From: Andalucia godoyi And28
Lineage: Eukaryota > Protista > Jakobida
DNA length: 64,000 bases
Reading direction: 5' to 3'
Assembly: GCA_009859145.1 (NCBI GenBank)
Contig: VRVR01000022.1
Coordinates: 124,001 to 188,000, forward strand
A model generated the notes under the pieces. It was not told the origin of the DNA. It searched no databases and saw nothing but the letters and a program-made list of their open reading frames with translations. Within the stretch, counting starts at the first letter, position 1, and the number at the start of each line of letters is the position of its first letter. This document shows, piece by piece, positions 33,597 through 43,677 of the stretch. Position numbers and translations under genes: made by a program.

Positions 33597-35282
33597 TTAT
33601 GCGTCGCGAAAGACTTGGTTGAAAAGGGCTCGAACGGGTTCCGCAAAGTGGGTGTCGAGCCACGACGCCGAAGGACCGGCATCCACCGTTGATTCCCTCT
33701 TCATGAATGAAGCAGACGTAAATGCCGGGGCGTGCTGCTCACAGATTTCAGTCGCCTCACGAAGTGAACGATCCAGCACAGCACGCACTCGACCTTGGAT
33801 TTTCCGAAAGGAAACGACCCTGACTTCGTTGAACGCCTTGACATACCCATTGTACAGAGACGCGAGGAGCGGGACATCGACAAGCACCTTGGAAGGCCCA
33901 AAGACACACGTCTGCAGTTGCTGGGGAGCCAAAAACATCGAATGGGTCTTCTGGATATGCGACTCAAAGATCGAAGCTGCCTGGTCCATCAGGATGGGAA
34001 GTGCCACATCTACGATTTCCGCGTCGCTCGAAAGCAGCACTTCATCGCATATGGACCGTAGCTGGTCTCCATCAACACATTGCGACACTATTCGCTGCAA
34101 CAACGTCCGCAAAAGTCTGTACACATCCGCCACAAACACATGCAGCGGCTCCACATAGTACTCGGACGCTACCGAGCCTGAGCCCACAGCGGTTCCAGAA
34201 GCAGGAGCATTGGAAAAGACGTACTTGTACTGGGTCGTGACTTCTGCCATACACGCTTCAAACTGCTTGACGAGGTTCCTGGCTGTCGCAACTTGCAAGT
34301 ACCCACTTCCACCATTCGGACCGGAGCCTGCACCGGCCTTGGAGCCTCCGCCTTCTGAGCCTGAAGTGCCTGCGTTACCCGAGGGGATCGCAAAGCACGC
34401 TTCCAGGGCAGATCGAACCCATTGTGCACGTGCCTTTAGAAACACGATTCGCAGCGCCCGTTCGTCCATTCCAAGTCTTTTCAATTCATCACGGTTGCTG
34501 TCCTCCGATGCCGAGACGGCCATCATTCCTGCTAATCGCTTCAACAAGTGAACTGTTCGGATGCACTGTGCAAGCGGCACGGATCCTGGGCCCTCGAGTG
34601 ACTCCACCAAGGCAACCGCGGTTCTTTGCAGGGCCGCATCCACCTGCACTGCAACGATTCCGACAACAATGTGCTTCTTCGAAAACGCTCGCCATGGCTC
34701 AAAAGCATCCGCAAGCTGAACCACGCTTTCCGGGGCATCTGCAGACAGGCAGGCGTCCATCAATGCAGGAATTTCCAGAAACGATGCACAGGAAGAAACA
34801 TGCGACGAAAGCGACGATGCATGTTTCTTGCGTGTCGACGAATTGTGCTCAGCATGGCGAAGAAACACGTCGCATGATTGTGATAGTGAAGGAAGCGCCG
34901 TGTCAATTAGCCGTGATAAATGCACATCAAAGCCCAACAGTTGGTCATTCCGAGACGACGACGACGACGATGACGACGATGACGAAGAAGAAGAAGAAGA
35001 AGAAGAAGAAGCAGGAGCCGCCGAGCTTCTGGAAGACAGCACGGATGACGGATGCGGGATGGTATGAGGCTGTGCGGAGTGGATTGCAAACTCATCAAGA
35101 ACAGAAGCCACAAGATGATGTGCATCGAGAAACGCCCGATAATTCTCAAATGAGAGTTCCTCAAGCGACAATGTCAAATGCGCCTTTTCATCCGCAAGCC
35201 GCTGCGGTTCACGCTGAATGTCTCGAAGCGATAGCGACGCAATCGACGCAAACTCTTCTGCCGACAACACCTCCATGCTCAT
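33597..35282 (-). CDS. COG8: conserved oligomeric Golgi complex subunit 8 (Dor1)
   Basis: EP.RL..E...L...LEEL.F.NY.AFL, LEIP.LMD.C, L..CIRT..LL.R, LR..FL.AR. Confidence 0.85.
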   Translation of the reverse strand: MSMEVLSAEEFASIASLSLRDIQREPQRLADEKAHLTLSLEELSFENYRAFLDAHHLVASVLDEFAIHSAQPHTIPHPSSVLSSRSSAAPASSSSSSSSSSSSSSSSSSSRNDQLLGFDVHLSRLIDTALPSLSQSCDVFLRHAEHNSSTRKKHASSLSSHVSSCASFLEIPALMDACLSADAPESVVQLADAFEPWRAFSKKHIVVGIVAVQVDAALQRTAVALVESLEGPGSVPLAQCIRTVHLLKRLAGMMAVSASEDSNRDELKRLGMDERALRIVFLKARAQWVRSALEACFAIPSGNAGTSGSEGGGSKAGAGSGPNGGSGYLQVATARNLVKQFEACMAEVTTQYKYVFSNAPASGTAVGSGSVASEYYVEPLHVFVADVYRLLRTLLQRIVSQCVDGDQLRSICDEVLLSSDAEIVDVALPILMDQAASIFESHIQKTHSMFLAPQQLQTCVFGPSKVLVDVPLLASLYNGYVKAFNEVRVVSFRKIQGRVRAVLDRSLREATEICEQHAPAFTSASFMKRESTVDAGPSASWLDTHFAEPVRALFNQVFRDA

Positions 35283-35447
35283 GTCAACATAAATCAAAAT
35301 ATTTGTCTTCCTTTTTTAAAATTAAATTAAGCTGTTAAATACTATAAAACAGAGACGAGAGAGGAAAAAACACACGCAAGATTGCTGCGGCATCATTTCA
35401 GCTTTCTTGCTGAATTGACAGTATCTACTGTATGTGTGCTTTTTTTT

Positions 35448-36567
35448 TTACAGTCGCGCATGCCCGGCCCAAGCGGAGGCTTCAATGTCGCACTCGTTGT
35501 TTCCGCGCTGGATCATGAAGAATCCTTGGAGGCCAAAGTCCGTTCCCCAGGAGTTTGCGGCCAGCCAGTAATCAGTGCCATTGAGTGTTCCAAACCCGAT
35601 GAACTTGACTGCGTGGTGACCGAGAAGGGCCCCTGTAAGGTGATGGTACACGCCTTCGGAATACGTCATGAAGTCCTCGTACACCTCAAAGGAGACTTGA
35701 ACAGGTCCGTTTGCCATAATCTCCTCTGCAATCGCTTGAGCATCGCTTTTGCCGCTTGTGCCCCCGGACACATGACGCCCGTTTCGTGCGTGGTAGTACT
35801 TCATGGGCTCGCCGGTGTTGCACTCCTTCATGCACTTGCCCCGATCCCCGTCTTGGCTGTAGTACGGAACGCATGTCTCTGTCGCAATTCCGTGAACTTC
35901 CATGAACAGCCACGCCGTCTCCAGTCGTCCGCCATTGCATCCGTCATCTGTGTAAAAATTTCATAAAATAATAAAATAATAAAATGAAATAACAAGAAAA
36001 CAAATGGTAAGTGAGTGAATGGGTGAACATGCGTGTTTGGAAAGTCGGAATGCTAATTAAGAAAGAACACGGCATACCCATCCAGTCGCACGAAACAAGA
36101 GACTGCGGAGAGAGAACGTCGTTCACTGTTCCGTTGGATTCAATGCAGAAGCGATCTGACAGTACCTCGGACGCCGAGAAGGCCCAGCACGATCCGCACA
36201 GCTGCTGGTCCATGATGCGATGCACACATCCGGGCCACTGCTCTCTCGAGTCAAACGAAGGCGGCAGATCCCCATCTTCGACACCACCGTCGTATATGTC
36301 GGCCTCGCGATCGGCATCCAGACCAAAATGATGCGTTTTCGAGCGATGAGGCGCAATCGTCCCCATAAGACGCTTCACATCATTCTGCGTCCATGTGGAA
36401 AACTTGTTGTGCGCAGCTTTCCACGTTGTGTGCGCTCCGTTGACAGACGCAATCAACTCGTCTGTCACTGCCATCTGCACCGCCAGGTCCCCGGATACTG
36501 TCAACGTCAATGCCACAACGACTACCACAGCAGCCCCCACTGCAGAACTGCACAACAGCGATCGCAT
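35448..36567 (-). CDS. CTSB: cathepsin B-like cysteine protease (prepro), one intron 35948-36077
   Basis: signal peptide; LPPSFDSREQWPGC; QQLCGSCWAF; spliced DDGCNGG; GHHAVKFIGFG; YWLAANSWG; GTATGC...CAG intron of 130 nt. Confidence 0.93.
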
Positions 36568-37091
36568 CTCTACTCCTTTCCGTTTCCCTCCTTTCTTCCT
36601 CTTCCCGCCCTTGAAAATTCTGAAAATGCACGCAACGAAGCAACCCACCACGTAAGCACTGACCATCGGCGATTGTCGGACTGTCGGAACTCGGTTGATG
36701 GCCATGATGCGTCGTACTCGTGCTTTGAAGTTTGAAAACACTGCGTTTCGTTCTGAGCCTCGCCGCTCGCCAGAACATGAATCATTATAGATCATCATCG
36801 GCTACGCTGTCACCGAAGACAGATCCAATTTGGGGGCGAGCACCGCCTCTTCAATGCAGATTGCTTTGCATCAAAGGGTCATCGCAACCACGAGTTCCTT
36901 GGTTCTCGGTATCTTCGGGCATGGCCGGTCTGAGTTTGTTGGGAAGATTCCCCATTGGAGCCATGCGATGTTTTCTGTTTTTGTCTCTGATGCGGTCACC
37001 TGCTTGAGGGTTCGATTATAAATCACAATCAAACAGAAAATAATAGTTCGAGTAAGAAGTGCAAGAATGAAGAAATTTCTAGATTTGAGTA

Positions 37092-37613
37092 CGCCTACAT
37101 TATACACTGCACATGCACATCTACGGATGGTCGTGCATATTCAATCTTGCATTCGGTTGCCGGGAAGGGGATCGGCCCCCAACACGCCTCACGGCGCTCT
37201 TCAGATAGATGTTCCGCGCTGCATTCCCAATCTCAATCAATCTGTGAGCCACTTTCTCAGCGTGACACGTTGTTCCTGAGAAGGGTGCATTTTGATTCTG
37301 ACGGCCCTAGCAGCAGGCGCAGTGACACGTGGTCTCTTAGTAGGTCTGCGGGACCTAGGAGGCCCTGCATCGAGCGGCGTAGGCGTAGGCGAATGCGTCA
37401 TCCCAGCGCAGTCACGCCCATATTCGAATTAAAAAAGTGAAATCAGCGAATGATAGAATAGATGGCCACGGATGCTGCGTTAAAGAGTGTTGAAAATGCG
37501 GAGCCTGTGTCACCAGCTGAATTTTGGCCGAGCGTGCGTAAGCACGAATTCCCTGTGGAGCAAACGTGCTGGTGTCGGCCAGTGTCGACCGCCGACGTAT
37601 TACTAATCAGCGG
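37092..37613 (-). mobile_element. non-autonomous IS607/Fanzor2-derived element, subfamily A (522 bp)
   Basis: shared termini; minus strand encodes RIKMHPSQEQRVTLRKWL joined to a frameshifted ID*DW-NAARNIYLKS. Confidence 0.9.
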
Positions 37614-38056
37614 TAAGACAATCATAGCTGTCAGCCGTAGTCCTCAGGCAATGTCGGCAATTCCTATAGTCATGAAAATTTCCGAATCCAGAAGTTTCGA
37701 CCATCAATCCGCCTATCTACGTTCTACTCGTCATCTTCACTATTGCCTTTTACTTCTTCATTCTACTTCTTTGCAGACTCAGTTTTTTTTCCCACTCCCG
37801 AGTCACTCAGTCTCACTTTCGATCCACTCACCTTCAGCCAATTACTTATCAGAATTTGCACGACGTTTGATCAAACACCATCCGTGTTTATTCGTTCCCT
37901 AACACTGCGCTGCTGTTCATTACTCTTATCGACTTGGGATATCCTCTCGCTGTGCCTTTTCATTTTTCATTTTTCATTCTTGATGCTGATTGCTGATTGC
38001 TGATTGCTAGTTGTTATTCAGTTTCATCTTTTTCGTGCTTGTTTGTTGCTTGTGAA

Positions 38057-39625
38057 ATGCTGATCAACTCGCGGTCTGTTCTGCGGTCGTTGTTTCCGAC
38101 AAACAATGGGCAGCAGCAGCAACAGGCACTGCAGCAGGACCAGCCTGTCCAGCAAACTGGAGCTTCTTCCGCGGCCGTGACTGGCATTGCGGGCCATGCG
38201 GATGCTCAGCAGGAACAGCGCGGAGTGTTTCAGCAGGTTCGACAACGGTTCAATCGAAATCCCGTCGCTGCAATTCGCAGAGTGTGGACTTCTCCATGGG
38301 GGTTTCCGCGAATCCCGCACTTTCTGTCGTTCCCGACCCCGTCGGCAGCGTCGTTGGCGCTAGCGTCTGCGTCCAATGCATCGGCTGGAGAGGGACATTG
38401 CGCGGATGTCGACGAGGATGGAGGAGACTCTTCGTGCGGTGCGCATCTTCCAGGAGCTACTTGCAGGATATGCTTTGAGCCGTTGTCCGGAATCTCGATT
38501 TCATCATCCGAGGCCCTGGATTCCTTGGCTTCGGGAGTCTCTTCCTCTTCTTCTTCCGCGCCGAACTCGTCTGCTCCATTCGGCGAGGATGACGACGGTC
38601 TGTGCTACTCATGCTCGTCAGCATTCGCGCCAAAGATTCACAACGACACGACAACCATCTGCACCACTGCTGCTATCTCCACTGACGGTAGCGGTAGTGG
38701 TGGCTACAGTCGCAATAACAAGTCGAGCAGCAATATCACAACTTCCGAGGTTGTCTGCGCTGGTGCTGCCGGTGCTGGTCAAAGCGTGTTTGCGGTGAAG
38801 GAGTGGGTTGTACCGTGTGCATGTACCGGTACGCAACAGTATGTGCATGTCTCTTGTCTTGATTTGTGGCGAAAGCGATCGTCTCGTACGGATGCGTATG
38901 TGCGATGTGATGTGTGTCGCACTCCATATGCCATCTCGATTTCGCACGTGCCCTCATTCCGCGAATTCTGGACGGGCACTCCATTTTTCCACACAATCTT
39001 CCCGCTGTTCTGTCAGTGCATTTCTGTGGCGTCGTTTGCATCGTTGCTGATGTTCTCGTCCATGTACGTTGTTCTGAAGGGCGTCGTTGTGTTCTTGAAT
39101 GCGTCTTGCGATCCCGAGTCGCTGCTTTTCCAAATCATGTTGCTGGAGCTTGTGAATCGAATTGGTGCAAAGGCGCTGTGCACAAGGCTGATATTTGCGT
39201 TGATGCTGATTGTTGCCTCGCTCCATTTGCTGTTTAATGTTCCGCTGTCCGAGGCGATTCATACTGTCTCCGTTCTGCTTCCCACTTTGCGCGGATTTTG
39301 GAGGAATGCCGAGGTTGGTCTTGCATTCGGCTCCTCGTTTCTCCGACATTGCTCTTCGTCGCTTGCTGTTGGAATCATGGCAGGTCTCGGAGCATTCGGC
39401 ATCGAGCTTCTCAGGCAGTTTCGAACATATCAAAAGTCGCACACTCGCGATCGCGTCTTGAACTATGTCCCCCCCGACAAGAAGGGGCTTCTCAAGAAGA
39501 GATCCATTTCGGTTTTGCCTCCGCCATCGTCACCTTCTCATTCGTCACCATCGTCTCCCACTTCTGCCTCTGCCTCTGCCTCGTCGTCGACATCTTATTT
39601 ATCTGTGAACAGTGTGCAATCATGA
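38057..39625 (+). CDS. membrane RING-CH (RINGv/MARCH-type) E3 ligase
   Basis: CRIC...PCACTGTQQYVH.SCL..W....C.VC followed by several TM helices. Confidence 0.8.
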   Translation: MLINSRSVLRSLFPTNNGQQQQQALQQDQPVQQTGASSAAVTGIAGHADAQQEQRGVFQQVRQRFNRNPVAAIRRVWTSPWGFPRIPHFLSFPTPSAASLALASASNASAGEGHCADVDEDGGDSSCGAHLPGATCRICFEPLSGISISSSEALDSLASGVSSSSSSAPNSSAPFGEDDDGLCYSCSSAFAPKIHNDTTTICTTAAISTDGSGSGGYSRNNKSSSNITTSEVVCAGAAGAGQSVFAVKEWVVPCACTGTQQYVHVSCLDLWRKRSSRTDAYVRCDVCRTPYAISISHVPSFREFWTGTPFFHTIFPLFCQCISVASFASLLMFSSMYVVLKGVVVFLNASCDPESLLFQIMLLELVNRIGAKALCTRLIFALMLIVASLHLLFNVPLSEAIHTVSVLLPTLRGFWRNAEVGLAFGSSFLRHCSSSLAVGIMAGLGAFGIELLRQFRTYQKSHTRDRVLNYVPPDKKGLLKKRSISVLPPPSSPSHSSPSSPTSASASASSSTSYLSVNSVQS

Positions 39626-39745
39626 TTCGTTTAATTTAATGAAAAAATAATGAAAACGCGTTCACAATAAACTTTTTGCAGTTTGATCAGAAATAGGGAA
39701 TCTTTGTTTGAGCTTCACAAGAGGCCAACGCTTGGCGCGCAGCCC

Positions 39746-40999
39746 TCAAGAAGATCGAGATTTCTTATACGGAGGTCTTCCAGCAATGCCACTGCCACTG
39801 CCACTGCCACTGCTGCTGCTTGGCCCTCGATTGTCATGTCGCCGTTCGCCGTCGTCGTGACTTCTGGGTCGCTTCCTCGATTCCTGTGAATCGTCTCGGC
39901 GGTAACTGTTGCGTCCACCGCCATGCTGACGATACCGACTGCTTCTTTCTTGATCACGCTTTCTTGTCTTCGCCTTCTCCTTCGCCTTTGCGGTGATCGT
40001 CTTTGCCTTCTCCTCATCAACAGTCTTGAACACACGCAATGGTCGAATATACTCCTTTGGATTGATCTGGAAACCACCCTCTTTAGGCACAAACGGATTC
40101 AAGTTTGTTTCCTGCTCATGAAGCGCATTGATCATCTTGGGAACGCACTTGGAGTCGGAAAAAGACACGAATGCAAACCCCTTCCCAATTTGCGTCTTCC
40201 CATCGCGAACAACACGAACCCCTGTAACCGTCCCTGCATCTCCAATCGTGTCTGTGGAGAGTCGCCAGAGAACCTCGTCTTCAATGTCCAGCGGCAAGTT
40301 TCCCACAAACACCGATTTCTTGCGGTCCATCTTGGTGACAGTGGATAGGGAGCAGCCCAGATGAAAACCGTGGAAATCCACTCCATTTGCTGCAGCGAGC
40401 GCTTTCGTAGCTTCCTCGACCGCCTTGAACACGACGTAGGCATGGCATGACGTTCGAGATTCATGAAACTGGCCCAACTTGAAAGCAGCCCGTTTTGGCA
40501 GCTTTGGGGTTTCAAATGCAACCGATCGCAGTCTCACCGATTCAATCGTTCCGTACTGCCTAAACTGTGTTTCAAGATGATTCTGAAGAACAGTCGTGGA
40601 GAACAGCTTCAGCGGCACATTGGACACAAACACCGTCCGAGCATCCTGCTCAGAATCGTACGAATGCGCCCGATCTTGCTGCTTCTTTGAAAACGACCGT
40701 GGCTTGCGAATCTTTGGCTTTCCAGTCTCACCCGATCCATTGCCATCATCATCATCACCATCATTACCATTCTTCACCTCTGCTCCGTCTGCTGCACTGG
40801 CAGTCGACTCGGAGGCAGCCTTGGGCTTCATAGCAAGCGACGGATACTGCAGCGGAGTCGACATTGACTTTTGAAAAATCTTTGCAAGCGAAGTGGAGCT
40901 CGCAGATGCCGCAGCAGCATCTTCTTGAGACCCTGCTTTCGTTGCAAGATACGCAGCCAGCGAAAACGGAGACTCTGCCATCTTTCCTCCTGCCAACAT
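39746..40999 (-). CDS. RBM34: nucleolar RRM protein RBM34/Nop12
   Basis: RTVFVSNVP, YGTIESVRLRSV, HAYVVF, SVFVGNLP, VRVVRD..T.IGKGFAFV.F. Confidence 0.88.
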   Translation of the reverse strand: MLAGGKMAESPFSLAAYLATKAGSQEDAAAASASSTSLAKIFQKSMSTPLQYPSLAMKPKAASESTASAADGAEVKNGNDGDDDDGNGSGETGKPKIRKPRSFSKKQQDRAHSYDSEQDARTVFVSNVPLKLFSTTVLQNHLETQFRQYGTIESVRLRSVAFETPKLPKRAAFKLGQFHESRTSCHAYVVFKAVEEATKALAAANGVDFHGFHLGCSLSTVTKMDRKKSVFVGNLPLDIEDEVLWRLSTDTIGDAGTVTGVRVVRDGKTQIGKGFAFVSFSDSKCVPKMINALHEQETNLNPFVPKEGGFQINPKEYIRPLRVFKTVDEEKAKTITAKAKEKAKTRKRDQERSSRYRQHGGGRNSYRRDDSQESRKRPRSHDDGERRHDNRGPSSSSGSGSGSGIAGRPPYKKSRSS

Positions 41000-41265
41000 T
41001 TATTAAAAATAAATACGCCTCTCAAAAACAGGAAACAAGAAAAAAAACCCGAATAAAGCAAGTCTGACAAAATACGTGGAAAACAAGATACGGACCCACA
41101 TGGATACGACACAATAGGAGCGAAAGTTGAATGGGTCTCAAACAGCAGTAGTCGCTTGGCGTACAGAAGACCGCGAAAACCCAACACAATTTGCAGAGTC
41201 TTCGTCGTTTTATACTTTGGGCTCCATTGGAGAGCCCCGAAGGTGAGAACGACGACACGGGAAAA

Positions 41266-41371
41266 CGCCTACATTATACACCGCACATGCATATCTACGA
41301 GTAGACATGCATATTCAACCTTGCATCCCGTTGCCGCGAAGGGGATAGGCCCCCAACACGCCTCACGGCGC
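41266..41371 (-). ncRNA. predicted Fanzor omegaRNA scaffold (homologous at 37092-37197, 54505-54610, 24873-24957)
   Basis: hairpins GCGCC-GTGA-GGCGT, GGGG-GCCTAT-CCCC, CCCG-GCAA-CGGG (consensus of the other copies), ATATGCAT...ATGCATGT; loop GCCTA is complementary to terminal TAGGC; located at the element right end directly after the RuvC-III motif. Confidence 0.65.
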
Positions 41372-41630
41372 TCTTCAGATAAATGTTCCGCGCTCCGTTC
41401 CCAATCTCGATCAATCTGTGAGCCACTTTCTCAGCGTGACACATTGTTCCTGAGAAGGGTGCATTTTGAGTCTGGCGGCCCTAGCGGCAGGCACTTTCGT
41501 GTCCTCAGTTGCAGCGATTGACGCAACTGGAGACACGAGAGGAAGAGGCGGTCTCTTAGTAGGTCTGCGGGACGTAGGAGGCCCTGCATCGAGCGGCGTA
41601 GGCGTAGGCGAATGCGTCATCCCAGCGCAC
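41372..41630 (-). pseudogene. internally deleted Fanzor2/TnpB nuclease (N-terminal HTH fused to RuvC-III)
   Basis: KMHPSQEQ.VTLRKW resembles the TnpB K.RLYPT.EQ...L..W HTH; IDRDxNGARNIYL resembles the TnpB/Fanzor DRD.NAA.NI catalytic motif; the whole core between them is missing. Confidence 0.85.
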
Positions 41631-42318
41631 CCACGCCCATATTTGAATAAAAAGAGTGAAACCAACGAATGATAGAATAGATGGCTACGGATGTTGCGTT
41701 AAAGAGTGTCGAAAATGCGGAGCCTGTGTCAGAGGCTGAATTTTGGCCGAGCGTGCGTAAGCACGAATTTCCTGTGAAGCAAACGCGCTAGTGTCGGCGA
41801 CTGCTAACCGTGTCTGTTTATGTTTACTTCCGTATATGCATAACAATGGTGTGTTATTATTCAACAGTGTTGCGATTATTATTTTCATTTTTGAATTGAT
41901 ACGCGGGGAATGAACGCTTCATGTCAAGTGACGGATCGAAAGGAGGCTGCCGCGTCTGAAGCGTTGGCTTCCATCGACTTGTTTCTGAAGCAAGGGAAGC
42001 TCCCCATTCATGCTGTGCCGCAAGAAAGCCTTTATTCCATCGAGAAGATTGCTGATTCACTTCGATCCGCTGTTGGCGGTGGTACTTCGTCGTCGTAGTC
42101 GTCGTCGCTATCATCATCATCATCATCATCATCATCATGATCGCGAGGACCGACGGGTTGGACTGGTGTGACTGACTTAGCTGGCCGAGTTTACCCTGTT
42201 GGATTAACATGTAAATTACACAAAACAGTATATCATGAGAGGAGGTTGGAATCTTAAAAGGGGAGGGAAGAGGATACGAATAATAACAATGATCGCATTT
42301 TCAGAGTGAGTTGTGCAG

Positions 42319-43272
42319 TCAAAGATTCTGAAGAGGGATTTCGTCGAGGAATAAGAGGGTCTTTAGCTTTTCACACGACTTTCTGACCTTTGCAACGTAG
42401 TCTGTGGACTTTTCGATCGGGTTTCCACGCAGAACAAGGCTTTCCAGCACGGGGAATCGCTTTGCAATTCCGCTGATGTCTTTGAGAAAGTTGTGGCTGG
42501 CGTTGAGCACTTTCAGGTTTGGACAGCGTGGAAGCTTTGCGATCGACGTGAACTCGTTGTGGCTTACGTAGAGCGTTTCGACTTGGGGAAGCCCGATGTC
42601 CGACAGGTCCGAGAGCCCGTTGTGGTTCAGCACAAGCGTGTGAACCGCAGACAGCCTTCGCAGCACAGCTTTCAAGTGTGGCATCTGGAACGAGTCTCCG
42701 AGCTCCTGATGCGCAAGATTCACTGTATGCATAAGTTCCAATCCTCGAACTTCTGTCTCAATAATCTCGCGCTTCGTGAGCTTCTTTTTCTTCTTGTCCT
42801 CCTCGCTCTTTGCCAGCGACTTCGAATCCATCGTTGCTACTCCTCCTGCTGCTCCTGCAGATGCTGTCGATGTGGCAGGGCCTGTAGCGCCAGTGCCTGT
42901 GGTGCTTGACGCGTCTGCATTCGCCCTAGGGGATGTAATGACCACTGCTGCATCATTCTTACTGTTCGCAGCCGCAACAAACAATGCTGCCGCGTTGTCG
43001 GTGCGGTTCTTGTGTGATAAAGGACCCAATCGAATGCGCGGCGCTTTAAGAGGCTCGGTCGGAGGAACGTGATTGGGAACCTCAAACCAGCGGCTTGGAA
43101 ACAGCGACTCTCGAACGTCCTGTGAAGTGTGAAAAGAAGGAAACGGAGGCCGTGATTTATAAGATCCCGCTCCTACTGCTGCTGAAGCCGCCGCCGCCGC
43201 CGACGATGATGATGATGATGCAGAGAGCGCATGATCTGTCTTCAGTACCGCCATTTTTGACATGTCCGTCAT
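42319..43272 (-). CDS. leucine-rich repeat protein (SDS22-like LRRs)
   Basis: VHTLVLNHNGL, VETLYVSHNEF, LKVLNASHNFL, LESLVLRGNPI plus an LRRcap-like tail. Confidence 0.8.
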   Translation of the reverse strand: MTDMSKMAVLKTDHALSASSSSSSAAAAASAAVGAGSYKSRPPFPSFHTSQDVRESLFPSRWFEVPNHVPPTEPLKAPRIRLGPLSHKNRTDNAAALFVAAANSKNDAAVVITSPRANADASSTTGTGATGPATSTASAGAAGGVATMDSKSLAKSEEDKKKKKLTKREIIETEVRGLELMHTVNLAHQELGDSFQMPHLKAVLRRLSAVHTLVLNHNGLSDLSDIGLPQVETLYVSHNEFTSIAKLPRCPNLKVLNASHNFLKDISGIAKRFPVLESLVLRGNPIEKSTDYVAKVRKSCEKLKTLLFLDEIPLQNL

Positions 43273-43540
43273 TTATTGAGCACACCAGTGACACGATGGA
43301 GGACACCCAAAGCACTGCACTTCAGTTCCTCGTTCAGCAACCAGTACAAAAGTTTCAATGCCTTCGTTCTTGTGGCTTTCGTCGACCGAGGGTCCTGAAA
43401 CAGCAGACTACTGAAGCGGGGAATAATCATTGTGACGTTTTCACAATTCCGGAGGTCGTGTCGAAGCATGTCGACATCTTGAAGCGGTCTTTTTCTCCTT
43501 TTTCAGCAACTGTTGGGATTCCCACGGTTCCACAGGCTTC

Positions 43541-43576
43541 GTGGTTTTCGTGGTTTTCGTGGTTTTCGTGGGTTTC
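43541..43576. repeat. 9-bp tandem repeat (GTGGTTTTC) x4
   Basis: three perfect copies and one variant in a divergent promoter. Confidence 0.8.
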
Positions 43577-43677
43577 GTCGTATATGAGATTTAACGTCTG
43601 AATTCTGAAAGTCTGAATTCTGGAGCGTCCGCAAGGCTAACTGTCTCGAGCTCGAGTGAGAGGGAGATGGCTTGAGA

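Larger units (their letters stand above)
41266..41867 (-). mobile_element. non-autonomous IS607/Fanzor2-derived element, subfamily A (602 bp, longest copy)
   Basis: shared termini (left end decayed to ACTGTTG); ORF MTHSPTPTPLDAGPPTSRRPTKRPP...RLKMHPSQEQCVTLRKWL fused to IDRDW-NGARNIYLKS. Confidence 0.9.

Noticed and set aside
37147-37440. Plus-strand ORFs 'MH(S/P)VAGKGIGPQHASRR...' repeated at 37147, ~41320, 54560 and (minus) 24651
   Set aside because: Antisense shadows of the Fanzor-relic/omegaRNA; the conserved motifs are on the other strand
41910-42098. 62-aa ORF next to the 41-kb element
   Set aside because: Short, no homology recognisable; cannot be distinguished from chance
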